Shown piece by piece: positions 22,045 to 34,800 of a stretch of DNA of 64,000 nt. A program made the translations under genes and the position numbers. Each line of letters starts with the position of its first letter. Positions within the stretch are counted from its first letter, which is position 1. The notes beneath the pieces were generated by a model. The model did not search any database. It was not told the origin of the DNA and saw only the letters and a list, made by a program, of their open reading frames with translations. This stretch comes from Somniosus microcephalus (taxonomy: Eukaryota), in NCBI GenBank assembly GCA_052327205.1, contig CM126220.1, positions 48,732,001 through 48,796,000 of the forward strand, in the 5' to 3' direction.

Positions 22045-23113
22045 CTAAAGAGAATAAATCAAACAATTACAATTCGCCCAAAGCGCATGGAACTGTACAA
22101 CATGCTGTGACTGCTCTGGATTCAGCCAGGCTGATCCTCGGTTCTGCTGCTGCCAAATTTAGTATAATATCGTTTTACTGATTAATCGCACACTGCTTGT
22201 TAATGGTTGATCAGCAATAATATAAACTAATAGACAGTCAAAAGGATTTTACAGGAGGGGACAGAGTTCAGCGGGAGTGTAAATCCGTCTTTCCACATGA
22301 ACAGCTGACGGCGGGGTAACCTTTGCATTATGGCCTCCCCCACTGTTTGGGGGACTTGCAAAAATAAAACTATGATTTAGAAATATATTATATATATCTA
22401 CATATATATATATAGATAGATATAGATATCTGTATCTCTCTATATAATATAATATATATATAAACCGCCACCATAATTCACAAACAATACTGACATGCAC
22501 TATAATAATTGGGAATGCTATGTGTTAAATACTAAGTGACTAGTATACAAGCATAAATAATTTCGACTTGTCTAGTGTACTGTTTTTTGAACGTCTCATT
22601 AAAATGCACTGACTCCGGAGCTACTGCTATCGTCATTGTTGTTACAGTGGCTGGATACTTTGTTTCTCTCCAGCGAGCATAATGCATTAATACATTGCAG
22701 ATTTGGCAAAGTATGTTAGTTTTAAAATATTTCGCACTACAGATCATTGTCCATTACTCAGATTTATAAACTGAAAATGGGGAGAGAAAGTTGGCATGTG
22801 ACTAAGCCTTATCACTTTTCAGTTCCATAGAAAATTGTCAAATATGATCCTAATGATTAAATACTTGCAATCCCAGATACCTAAAATGGCCGATCTACAC
22901 AATACCCCAGGTTATGAGCACACACATTCATGATATGCAGAAAAAATACAAAAAGCAAAACCCTGTAGAGCCCTCCATGCTACACAAGTAAGTGCGAAAA
23001 AAATGTAAACTCCGAATAGGGAAGATATTTTAGCATTTTACTGCTAAGTAAATACATATCACTCATCGGTTACGATTTGTTTTTAAATCACTCGACCAAA
23101 TTATTGAAGATTA

Positions 23114-23443
<330 letters not shown>

Positions 23444-24584
23444 TTAATCTGTCAATAATGTAATCCTCATGAAAGTAAAATAAAGAGTTAAGATTTCTAT
23501 AGTATTTTTGAGATTGGGGCCTTGACTCAGGTATTTACTACTGTGAAATATTTGAGACAACACATTTCAGTAATGCTATTTTATAAAACTATTGCAAAAC
23601 AGCAACCGAGTTCTTTAGATGCCTTGTCAAGTGTGTTTTAAAGTTTACATATACAAAATCCTGCTCTTTATAAATGGTGCAAGAAGAAGCTAGTGAGTAG
23701 ATTCTACCTGGGGATATAGATTTCAATATTTCTGGTATGACTGATATGTACATGATTAATACCCTGCCCAAGGTATGTGTGCGTTTTCTACCTGAGGAAG
23801 GCCGCGGCTGACTCAAAGTTTATGGTTTTATAATCACCAACAATTGGTGCCATAAAAAAACTGTGCGCGAGTTAAAATGTTCCCATCACAGGTGTCGTGG
23901 AAATACTCTACCATACCCTTTCCCCCAAAGATAAATTGCAATTCCCCCTTTGGAATCTACGTATTGGTTTGGAGCTTTAATCGTGCAATCGGTGCACATT
24001 ATTTACAAGGCGGCCGCTGGTTCATTACTGTTATTGCTCAGATCAAATGAATGGATAAATTAAACTTCGGCAAGTCAGATTCATCAACCGGCTCTCTGCA
24101 GATCACATGTGACCTTCCCCAGCACAAGCAAGAACCTATTTCAATTAATTTCATTAGCATTTATTAAAATTAAATATTTGTTCGAGGTTGTGCCCTTATT
24201 AGTCTGACGATCTGGATTGTCTCATCGCCTAAACAATGGTGCAGAATAAAGGGTTCGGAGACTATGACTATTCCAATAAATAAGTGACTTCATATATCGT
24301 AAAGCTAGCTGCCGAGACAAACTGTATCACCAAAATGGATCATTATGCAGGAAGCATTTTTTAGTCTAAGTGCTGTAAAAGCCCTTGGCAGATTACACCC
24401 AAATATAAATGACCGCTTTTCTCAATCAAATCTATTTTGCATGTTTTAAATCCTACATTGCACTAAAAATATATGATATTTTATCCTGTGTCACAACTAA
24501 CCACGGCTGGGTATTAAAATAACTCGTATGATCTCCAACCAGAGAGGCTGGCACTCGTCTCTTGGATGGAAAAATGCGCTGTAC

Positions 24585-24976
24585 CTTCCAGATTTGGTGA
24601 TAACCATTTCAGTGCCACGCTTGTGAAACTGATCCCACAAATCTTTCGCTTCGAGTATAACTTTTGGGTCGTCTTCCACTTCTTCTTCGGGCTCCAGAGT
24701 CTTAAGAGGCCTCAGATGCGAGGGCTGGTGGCCCATTGACGATAAAGCGATCCCAGCCTCCGCTGCGCCGACAAGCTGATCCATAATGGGCTTGCTAAGC
24801 GCGCCCGGGAGTGTTAGAGCAGCCGCGCCGGTCGGAGGCAGGGCGAGAGTCGGGAAGAAAGCAGGCTGATGTCCCAACACAGCACTCATCGCAAAGTCCG
24901 GTGCCCGGTGAGGTAAGAACGGATGATAAGCCATACTTGTCCCCGGAATCACTGGCTCTCTCATCAGTAAATTCAT
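24585..24976 (-). CDS. TBX3: T-box transcription factor TBX3, coding exon 1 (392 nt)
   Basis: [38 protein letters not shown]...[30 protein letters not shown] matches the TBX3 N-terminus and T-box start; donor AG|GTACAG at 24584. Confidence 0.97.
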
Positions 24977-25134
24977 CCACTCCCCAGATCTCTGTCGGAC
25001 GGTCGCTCACAAGCACATCATTATCATCATTATTTATTATTATTAATTTCTTCTTCACATAAACAGAAAGTAAGACTGGTTGGCGGTGGCAGAGCCGAGA
25101 CGCATCTCCCCAAACAGTCAACTCCGATCTTTCT

Positions 25135-25156
25135 GTATGTGTGTGTGTGTGTGTGT
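25135..25156. repeat. (GT)n microsatellite near the TBX3 5' end
   Basis: Direct reading. Confidence 0.85.
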
Positions 25157-25184
25157 AGTGTGCGTGTTGCGAATAGCTGAGCCC

Positions 25185-25400
25185 TGTTGATTGGCTATTT
25201 GACGCTTTCGGACCAATTGTGTGGCTCCATAGGCGTGGTTTTAACAAGTAAAGCCGGGGATAGATGAGTTATAAAAAGAAGGTGTCGGAAACTGTAACGT
25301 ACAGCCAGCATCACTACTTCAGCCGTGTGAATATGTCAACATCATTAGAGGGGGGGGTGGGTGGGTGGTGGGGAGCAGCCAATGGCAAGGCGCGGGGCCG
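25185..25400 (-). promoter_or_regulatory. Probable TBX3 proximal promoter (CCAAT boxes, CRE/AP-1-like half site) in a CpG-rich region
   Basis: ATTGG 25190-25194, TGACGC 25200-25205, CCAAT 25213-25217, GCCAAT near 25380; GC/CpG-rich 24600-26400; TSS not determinable. Confidence 0.6.
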
Positions 25401-25832
25401 CCTCAGGTGGCTTTACCCACCATCGACTACCAGGAAATCGGGCGAAGAATCATCTGTCTGTCCACAGGCAAGCCGGGGTCTCAGCCAAACGGCCCCTTCT
25501 GCCCCATTCTCGCCGTTATATGCAATCTCCGAAACATCACTCCTCCCTTCACACTAATCCGCCGCCGCCTTAAAATGTCAGTCTGGGCGATTAGCATTCA
25601 TTTTTATTCCTGCTGATTTTGTGTGTGTTTGTTCCCTTGTCTTGTCCTTTCCCCGGGCCCTTGCAGCAGATAGCGATCTCTGCACTTTAATTTGTTACCA
25701 AAAAAAAGGCAGAGCCGTGAGATGTCCAGCTTCTTAATTTTATTTTGTTGCTTGGCGATGCTTTCAACAAACCACCCCCCCCCCCCAAAAAAAAGCGCCT
25801 CATTTAACGAGGTGATTTAATTATCAGGACAT

Positions 25833-25848
25833 GGCGCCTAATGGGCTG
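25833..25848 (+). promoter_or_regulatory. Composite BMP-Smad response element candidate
   Basis: GGCGCC-taatg-GGCTG, i.e. Smad1/5 GC element with a CAGCC-type site at 5-bp spacing. Confidence 0.45.
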
Positions 25849-28800
25849 CTGCAGCTTCAAGTATAAGGACGCTGCTCTTCTCTCTCTCTGAAAGCCGCTG
25901 GGGGAAAAAAGTTAGAACTGAAAAGCAATCACATCGGCTAAATGCACGGAGATAGGAGCGGAACATCTAAAGTGATTAGCTCCTGTAACATTGCATTTTT
26001 GACGCACATGTTTAAGGGCGCTTGGCGCCAGGCTGCTGACGTCGAGTTGTAACTAGCGTCTCGTATCACTTTTCGTTTTTTTTTAAAACGAAAATATCGC
26101 CTCCCTGATCTGTGAGTATATCCTGGCGAGAAAGTCGCTCTGACCACCGCCAGTCTCCGGCGTTGTAGCTTGCGATCTAACGACGTTTCATTGTGCTTCC
26201 TGGGTTATTTCACTCTCTCTCTCTCTCTGGTGTTGTGAGCCCTTGGCTCCCTCCTTAAGCCGCGGATGCCAAAAGCACGGCGCTTTCCTGAGCTGTGTGG
26301 AGATTTGGAAGCCGTCAGATTCACTTCAAGGCGAGTTCCCTTGAACCTATGTGTGTACATTTTCTGTTTGACATCTAGACAAAGGGCGATCCCATTCAGA
26401 TCTGTGCTTTCTTTAAATAATAACCACCGGTTTAAACATTCCTTATAACAGTTTTTCTGCCAAAAAAAACCAGATGAGCGGATCGTGTTCAGATATAGTC
26501 TTTATAAAATAATAATCATATTCTATAGTATTGTGCTGAAAATGACTGTTGAATCAATACATATTTAGGAATTATGCGTTATAATGTAACGTTTTAAAAT
26601 GTTGCACTAACTTCCGCCAATTATGACTGACCTCCCAGGCTAAGCACCCTAGAGACTCGTATTATGAAGGGAGGGTGCACTAATCTCGGATCAAAAGCAG
26701 GAAGGTGCGAACTCTCTTTGTCTCTCCTCGCCCGGCTCATTCACCCTCCTGTGTGTGATAAATCTACACTGGCGCCAACTACGTATAGGATGATTAATTT
26801 GCAAGCAAACAAAAGGGAATTGATGGCTAGCCATCTTAGTTAAACATTCGCCAATACCGCAAGCTACTTGTTAGCCGTCAGAGCTTTAAAACCTAGTAAG
26901 TGCACTGATGTGAAAATTAAAATGGCTTTGAAAGCATTTACGCCAGCGCCGAGTCGCTCTGTAGTGCCTGTGCAACCAGACACCTCACTTCATTAGCCAT
27001 AAGCAGACAGAGCTATAGCCCCGAATGATACAGAGGTTTGTTGATTACTGTTTATCTGAAAGAGGCGGGCACGTTTACATTGGCAAGTTTCGTGTAAATA
27101 TTCTCTTAGTATGTGTGAGGTCCAGCTAGTGCCGATTACATGCTTATTCCTCCCGAAACTTTCAGCCCATTCGCGAGCCATTTCCAATTTAACCGAACGT
27201 GTTACTAAATACAGGTCTAAGTTTACACTGTGGTACCTACTTTATTCTGATGACGGCCAGTCGCAATTAAGTAACCTGTAGGTTTAATCTTTTATCAATA
27301 CATGTGTGATAGAATTCTTTGTAGTATGCGGATAATCCAAATATTAAAATATGAGTGGATTCACACACGTAAAATAATTCAGTTTAGGCATTATAGTATT
27401 TAGTGCAAATTCATATTAAACCGATCTGTCTGTCTAATAGATCTAATCAATATGTATGTGTGCGCCATATACTCTTGAAGTATCGGAAATCATGGTGCAA
27501 GGAAGCAAAACGATATAATCAACACATGTTTATACTGCATTGTGACAACTGTCGGTAATAATTTATCGTGGATATTCTCAGTTTCTTCTTTGAAAAACTA
27601 TATATTTAAACGCACATAGTTTATGTTCTGCAGGCAAGCAAAGGCAATAGCTGTAGCTGTTAGACTGCACATTGAAATAGTCTCTTGCCATATGAGAAAG
27701 TTGCAGTGCACGGATAGCAAAGAGCAGTTTGCACGCAACTCGGATTTGGCCTTCATCTTTGAACATCTTTATTGTTCCCCACTCCCAGTCCTATCTCACT
27801 TTCTATCTTCAGTCCATTCATCGCGTTGTCTTTTTCATACACTCGCTGCTCTTTTCACTATCCGTTACCATTTACTACAATGTTTCCTTTCCCCTTATCA
27901 ACATAGCTCCATTCATTGTGCTTATGACCACATCCTTCATGCAATCCCTTCTAAACATTTAATAGATTTTTAGAAATGGCCTTTTCCTATAACTAAATAT
28001 ACCGTAATCGCCTCCTCGTCATACCCAGCACTGTAAATATATCAGTCTGTGATAAAGTTCATGAACTTAATTTCTAACTTCTACAAGTAGTATCCTGCTC
28101 AGACTGATCATAAAAACAAAACAGGTAAACCAAGCTTGTGGTGTCAGCGCTGTTCTCTTGACGGCCACTTCAATTATTGATCAACTATTTTAGTGCCATA
28201 GGAAGAATTTTGTGCGGATTGTCAAAAGTTGTCTCCTTCCAGACTGCATTATTTTTAGGCTATAGACCGACATTGGCGCCAGTCGGTTTAGGCTGTTCAC
28301 AAACCGCCGCACGTTACATGTGATCATCCGTTTGTCAATTTTCATTTAGGAACATGTTTCTGGCAAAATAGCTAAGTAGCCTGTGGATAATGACCAACTT
28401 CCTTTTATCTAAGACTAACAGTCCTAATTACATTTTTAACCAAATAATGATTTGGACTTTGCGATGAGATGTCAGTCGAAAATATTTTTTCTTGTGGAAA
28501 TTAAACTAATTGGAGTTTCCGAGGGTAACTTATTCTAGGTAGCGAACTACTGTATCAATGCTTTCTTTGTGTGTTTTTGCTACAGAAACGCTATGCAAAG
28601 AATGGGCTGATACATTAAGAACTGCCGGCAACATTGTTGGTGATGCGTTTCTTGCAGATCGAGTATGACAAGCCCTACCACATTAAACTGCAAGGTGACT
28701 TTATCTCATTTTACCATCAAATTGTGTTTTATAGTCGCACCGGTCAGCTTGGGCTGAAGTTCTCAGATTGTTTTTTTGAAGGTAAGTGAGAGGAACACAC

Positions 28801-31800
28801 ACACACACACATATATATAATATAGTGAAATTACAACGTAACCCATTATTGCGATGATTTCGAGAATGTACATTCTGATATGATTGAGCGAATTAAAGAA
28901 AGCTTCCCTCATATACATTTTGCTGGGGTATTAGTGCTCATTTGCACTGACGCGAGCTCAAAGTACACGTGGCCTTGTAGACATTTGGCCTTTTAGAACT
29001 GACAGCAATTATTGGTGAGTTTTTACTAAGCAAATTTTAAGCAGATGTGATACAGGCTTTAGGCGATCAATAGATGTCTTTTTCGACGGGGGTGTTTAGA
29101 GGCATCTTTAACAGAAGGGCATAGTGAGTATAATAGGAGTGACTTATGTTTGCTGCCGATTTCTTACCAAGAATATGTGTGCTTCTTAAACTACCTGACT
29201 TAATATTATTCATTTTACATCAGTAAAGAGCGAACATGAACCTTTGCGAAATGCAATTACAGTTTTGTTTTCGGATCTGCATGCCTTCCAATTCCATTTT
29301 ACTGTGTATAGTTTGCATGCGATCATAGTTCTGCAAACTCTTTAAAGATTAGTTTTTCCCTGGCGTTCACCGCCGCTGACATTTGCAATTCTGCAGCTTC
29401 TCTCAAAAGCTTCAGCAATTATACATTACCAATGGTGTAATATTAATCTCCCCGTGACTAGTGCATGCCTGGAAATGTAAATAACCGATGTGCTCCCAGC
29501 AGACGCAAACACCCTCCAACCGTGTACAATGGCTGAATTGCCGTTTGTTCAAACTGCAATCTGCTTTATTTCATGTGTGTGTATATATAGAAAGCTCAAT
29601 TACTTATTTCTCCTCTTGGGATACCGGACATTCACGATTATGATATTTAACAATGCTGGCGTTGATGATAAACAAACAATCACCCATATCTAAATCTGGC
29701 CCATCTTCTATGTTGTAATGGGAGAGGAATTAGCAGCAACGCACCTACCGTGAGATACATTATCGATTTTCCCCTAACAATACAAGAAATAATAGTTTAA
29801 GCAAAGTTTGTTGAGGCATCAATGATCTTGCTCGTAGCTGAAATTTGTGGTATAATTCTATTACACACGTAGAACGCATATTTTATAAATGGATTAACCA
29901 TTGCCTCGCCTTCTATGATATTTTTAATTTTTAAGGAATTAAGCCCACTCTTATTCTCTTTCGAACATAGACAGTAAATGTCACGTCATCTTATAAACCT
30001 CTATCAACCTCGAGTTGAACAGTGTTATTAAGAGGCTCCCTGGCATTTCTACACACTGAAAAAACTTAAAGCGTGGCTGATTATGTGTTTGTAATTTCAA
30101 AATACATGTACTCCACTGATGGTGTTGTTCAATATTGAGATACAAGCTGCACGCCTGTAGTAAAAGCATGTTACCACTTGTGTTCTTTTTAGCAAACATT
30201 TCCTGCATATAAACTGTAATGAAGTGACGTTTGTTTAAGAAATGCATAGACATGGGCAATAGAGTTGAACCTGTAAATTTACTCTGATTTCATATAGATA
30301 CTTGTAAGGCAGCTTTGCAACCTTTTTGATTGGATATTATAGCAACATTGAAAGTGTCTGTCTATCTATCTATCTATTTACTATCTGCAGTATCCAGCCA
30401 TCCATATTTTTATTGTTGACATATGGGTAGGTCCTTTTCATATTTTCTCATATCCAAGCACTTTAGGAGATACAACGCTGATACCATTGTGACATCACAT
30501 GGCAATGGATTACTGTAATGCCCATTGGTGTAGTTGAGGGTGGCATTACCCTCTGGTTAATCGATGGGCAACAGTAAAACCAACAAACTATATAACTTAA
30601 GGTCTGTTTCTTTAAAACAGTCTGGCACATTCCTGCCCAATACTCTACCGTCCATCAATTAATAGTAATGTTTGTGTTTATGAAAGTACATGGATTATTT
30701 AACAGTTAGAAAATGCAGCAGGTATTAAATGGTTGATTTCAAGAGGAAAATATATGTTTATTTCATAAATTGTTTCAGAACAGTTTATTGTCCTATGATA
30801 GAAAAAAACAAACTTACTATCATCTACGATCATTTGAAGAAAAATAGGACCGAACATTTGTGTCTTATCTACTACTGCTGACTGTATTTTGTTTATTTGT
30901 TTAGATTAATATTGCCCTGCATTTAGGGTTTCGCCTATGCCAATTTGAATGGACAAGTAAATCCATTGATGCTTCACTGTGAATGTGCTGCTAATTCCTA
31001 TATTTTAAATCGAGTATTTAAGCGTGAATTTTGATATCTACAGGTTATTAAGAAACGCATAGTGCAATGTATGCTGTATGCATAGATAAATATATGTTTT
31101 AATATAAAAAATAACAACTTTTCAGAATACTAAAATATGAAATGTAGCTGTTTTCTGTTGTGCAACGTTTGATATTCATAATACTTCGGGTTTAATAAGT
31201 ACGTTTACTTTGGAACAAAATGCTTGGTAACTCATCATTGGACTGATCGAGTGAGAATTTAAAAACATCTTGTAGAGAGAGATTTGTTACTGAAATCGTA
31301 GTACTTAATATTTTGTTTAAATCCGTTCTGGCCGGAGGTAATGCTAGGGTGTATACCGAGATTAACTGTTTAGACAACTGAGGTAATTTTTATATGAATC
31401 TGATAGACACTTTGCGTTGTTTTGGGCTATTTTACCAAGCAGTGGAAAAGTTCAATGCACAAACTTCACCAATGCGACCAGAAATTGATATTAGAGATTA
31501 AAGCACATTTAAAAAAATCAGTAAATAACCAGAGGCCAAATGGTAAAAATCATATCTGATTGTTTAACTTTCGACACAACGCGTCTTTGTTCATTTAATA
31601 GGTACTGACGTTCACAACATGTTGCGGATCTTGCACTGAGCACTGAGCACGAGTACAGTGCATCATAATATTGCCCGTTGCTGACTGATATGCTGTTTGT
31701 CAGTTACCACAAATTGAAGTGAAATATACTCTTAACGTGGTTTGGAGTCTACCACGCAATGCAGCCCAGAATAATATGAAAGGCAGATCATAAATAAGGT

Positions 31801-34800
31801 GGTAATTCACGTGCTGTTGAAAACATTAAAGTAAATAAAGAAGAAGAATATACATGAACCTCTAGGAAAAGAACAACCGAATGTTTACGCAGCAAGTAAG
31901 CAATCAGGCGCTTCACTTAACAGGTGAAGGTAACATTTATGTACTTTTAGTGACCATTAGCTGCTGATACCCAGAACAAATTAGCTCGCGTGCTGAACAT
32001 ATTAACGCCATTTAAAAACGTTAGTAACTCCAATAGTGACCTACAGAAGCATCTGTACTGATACAGGTTCATTTTACTGGCAATGTAAAATGCGTTTAGA
32101 AGGGCGCAGTTACGAGTGATTCAGCTGCTATCAAAGGCAAATATTGTTGTAAGAAACAACCTCAGGTAATGGCCATATTTAAAGTGGCCTTTTTGTGGAA
32201 ATGTCACTTTAAATATTTACAAACCCGTTTCCATCACAAGACAGATTTAGAATATAGGAACGCTCTTTCTTTGCTTCCTTTTAAGTCACCGGCCAGCAAG
32301 TGCCGTTCTTGTAATCATTGCTTTGCGCAAATTGTGTAGAACAAGCAGATTGGTGCGTGCCACATTGTTTGCAGCAGGGTGTGTTGTTAGAATTTATTAA
32401 AGACAGATGATTCTCGCGTTTTTAAAACATACGGAAAAGATTTACAATTCAGTTAATTGCAATGTGCTTAGGTCCATCATCACGCCGCAGGTGTAAATAT
32501 AGGTCGTTTAGACGTATGACAGGTATAACAGCATTCTTCTCAAAGGTAGCAAATTCAGGTATATTACTGAAAAGCATCTCCGGTCGGTCGAATTTACACG
32601 ACCAGTTTTGTGTTAGTTGTTGTTAGAGATGACAAAAACATGCAAACGTCACATTAGGAAATGCTTAAGGTATTGTTGAAAGAAATGCAATTGTCAACCG
32701 GGAAGTCCTAGCATGATACATGTTTCAAATGTTGATACAAATATTATAAATAATGTTAATAGTTTGTCATATAGAAAATAATGGCAAAACAATACTAAAC
32801 TGGTTTGGATAGGTTGAGTACAAAAAAAGCCTTGTGCTTTAAGTTTCTTGTTGCAAATGTACATCTTCTCTCTTACTATAGCAGCACGAAAACGCCCTGT
32901 GGTACCTCTCTAGCCACCGTAGACCAAATTGCTCCCCTGAGAAATAACAGCCATCTATCGCTTGATGGCGCTGTCTTTGGGTTCCCTGCTTTTGCAACCC
33001 AAGATTTAACAGGGAATGGGCAAATTTACTTCTGCTGTTAAAGACTTTCTCTGACAAAAAAATCTAATCAGCGAAAAGTCGTACAACATGATATGCTATC
33101 TTTTTTTCTTTGACTATGGAATAATATTGTAATCTAAGTTTTTTAATCAATATGTCAATCACACTAGAACATATAAATCAGCCATCTCATCCAGCCACTG
33201 TCTCGCGTGTACTATTTGTGTCAAACATGCTGCACCTTCTACATTTTTCAGAGTCCATTTAATGCAAAAAGTTCATCCGAAGTTCACTTTCTCTGTTGTA
33301 GGTTCGCCCTTTGCCAGTGTGACCATAATTTTCATGGAGCGATTTAGTTGCACCGATGATATATGAACGTCAATCAAACTGATTAATTATATTTTTCAAC
33401 TGCTTCAATTGAAATGTTAAAAATAGAGGCTGGCAGCCTCAACACCTTAAAATTATAACATTTTAATTAAATCCTTGTCTGGATTTTGATAGTTTGGAAT
33501 TCTGTCCGGCGACAATTTCAAAGGAAAGTGTTAAATTTGGATATTGGTGGACTCCGGTTCTTTCCACTGATTAATGCGTTGGCCATTTCTTTACCCTGGT
33601 TTATTTTTTGGAGGGTCCGTTCTTTCTGGATAACAAGCAAAACTTATAGACTGACCTCTTTAATGGCATTTTCACCAGGTTAGCACCAATCAATTCAAAG
33701 GTCATACGGTTCGAAACTGAATTCAATATAGTCCGTAAAATCGATTTTATTATGTTTCACCTCAGCTTGATCAGTAAAAAGGAAAAGAAACAATTCATTT
33801 TTTTCTCATTTCAACTAGTGCTACATTGCTATTATTTTTATAACGTATATACCTCCTCATTATGCAGCCTGAAATAATCTTCAGATATAAATGATGTGGT
33901 TGTACATACAGTACGACGAGTGCAAACAGATCAGCTATCAATCCCTTGTTAATTAGAGTACTACACCTTATTCAAACCGAAGCTGGCTTCAAAGTGTACA
34001 TTTATGCAAATGAAACTCATTAGCATTTTGTGTTTGTAAGGCAAATCTAACATAAGTTATATTTTATACTTGCACGATCGTATCTAAATTATCCACGTGC
34101 TGGTTAGATTTTCTTGAAATGAGAATGGTTAGCCTACACCGGATATTATCCGAATGCCAAACTACTCGACAGCGCTGTGTTTTGACCTACCCTCCAAACA
34201 ACCACGACATCGCTTTAAACTTTGAGCCCAGACACGAATCCTATTATCAACGCTTCAAGTTAAAGACCAAGGCAGTAAAAAAAAAACTCCGCGGCCTTTT
34301 GCACGAAGAAGAAATGCCTTAATAAGATCAATATAGAGAGAAAGACAAAATCTTAACAAAGGTTCACTGGAAGTCTAACGACCTCTGACATACATTGCAA
34401 ATTAATTGGAGACTATATGAGAGAAGGTGGGATTCCAGTTAATTAGTCGAAAATGAATAAAATTGAACATTATATGATTTGTCTCCGAGTACCGCTTTGT
34501 TAGTGCGGATTTAGAGATCAGCTTTTGTACAGAACAAATTGGATGTGAGTAGCGTGGTGCACTGTTACACTGTCGTTTTGTGCCCTGGCGACAGCTTCAA
34601 TCCTGGGAAAAGGTAAAGGGATCTGGGCGATCACAGCCCTCATTATCTCATGTCTGAGCACATCTTTGGGAACAATTCATAATCAACATTGGCACCCACG
34701 GTGTTTGGACTCGTGGTTGTAGTTTTCTTTCAACACAAAGTACACCTTATTATAAAAAAAACTTTATTGCAGATAAAGTGCAATAAGAATTTTGCATTCC

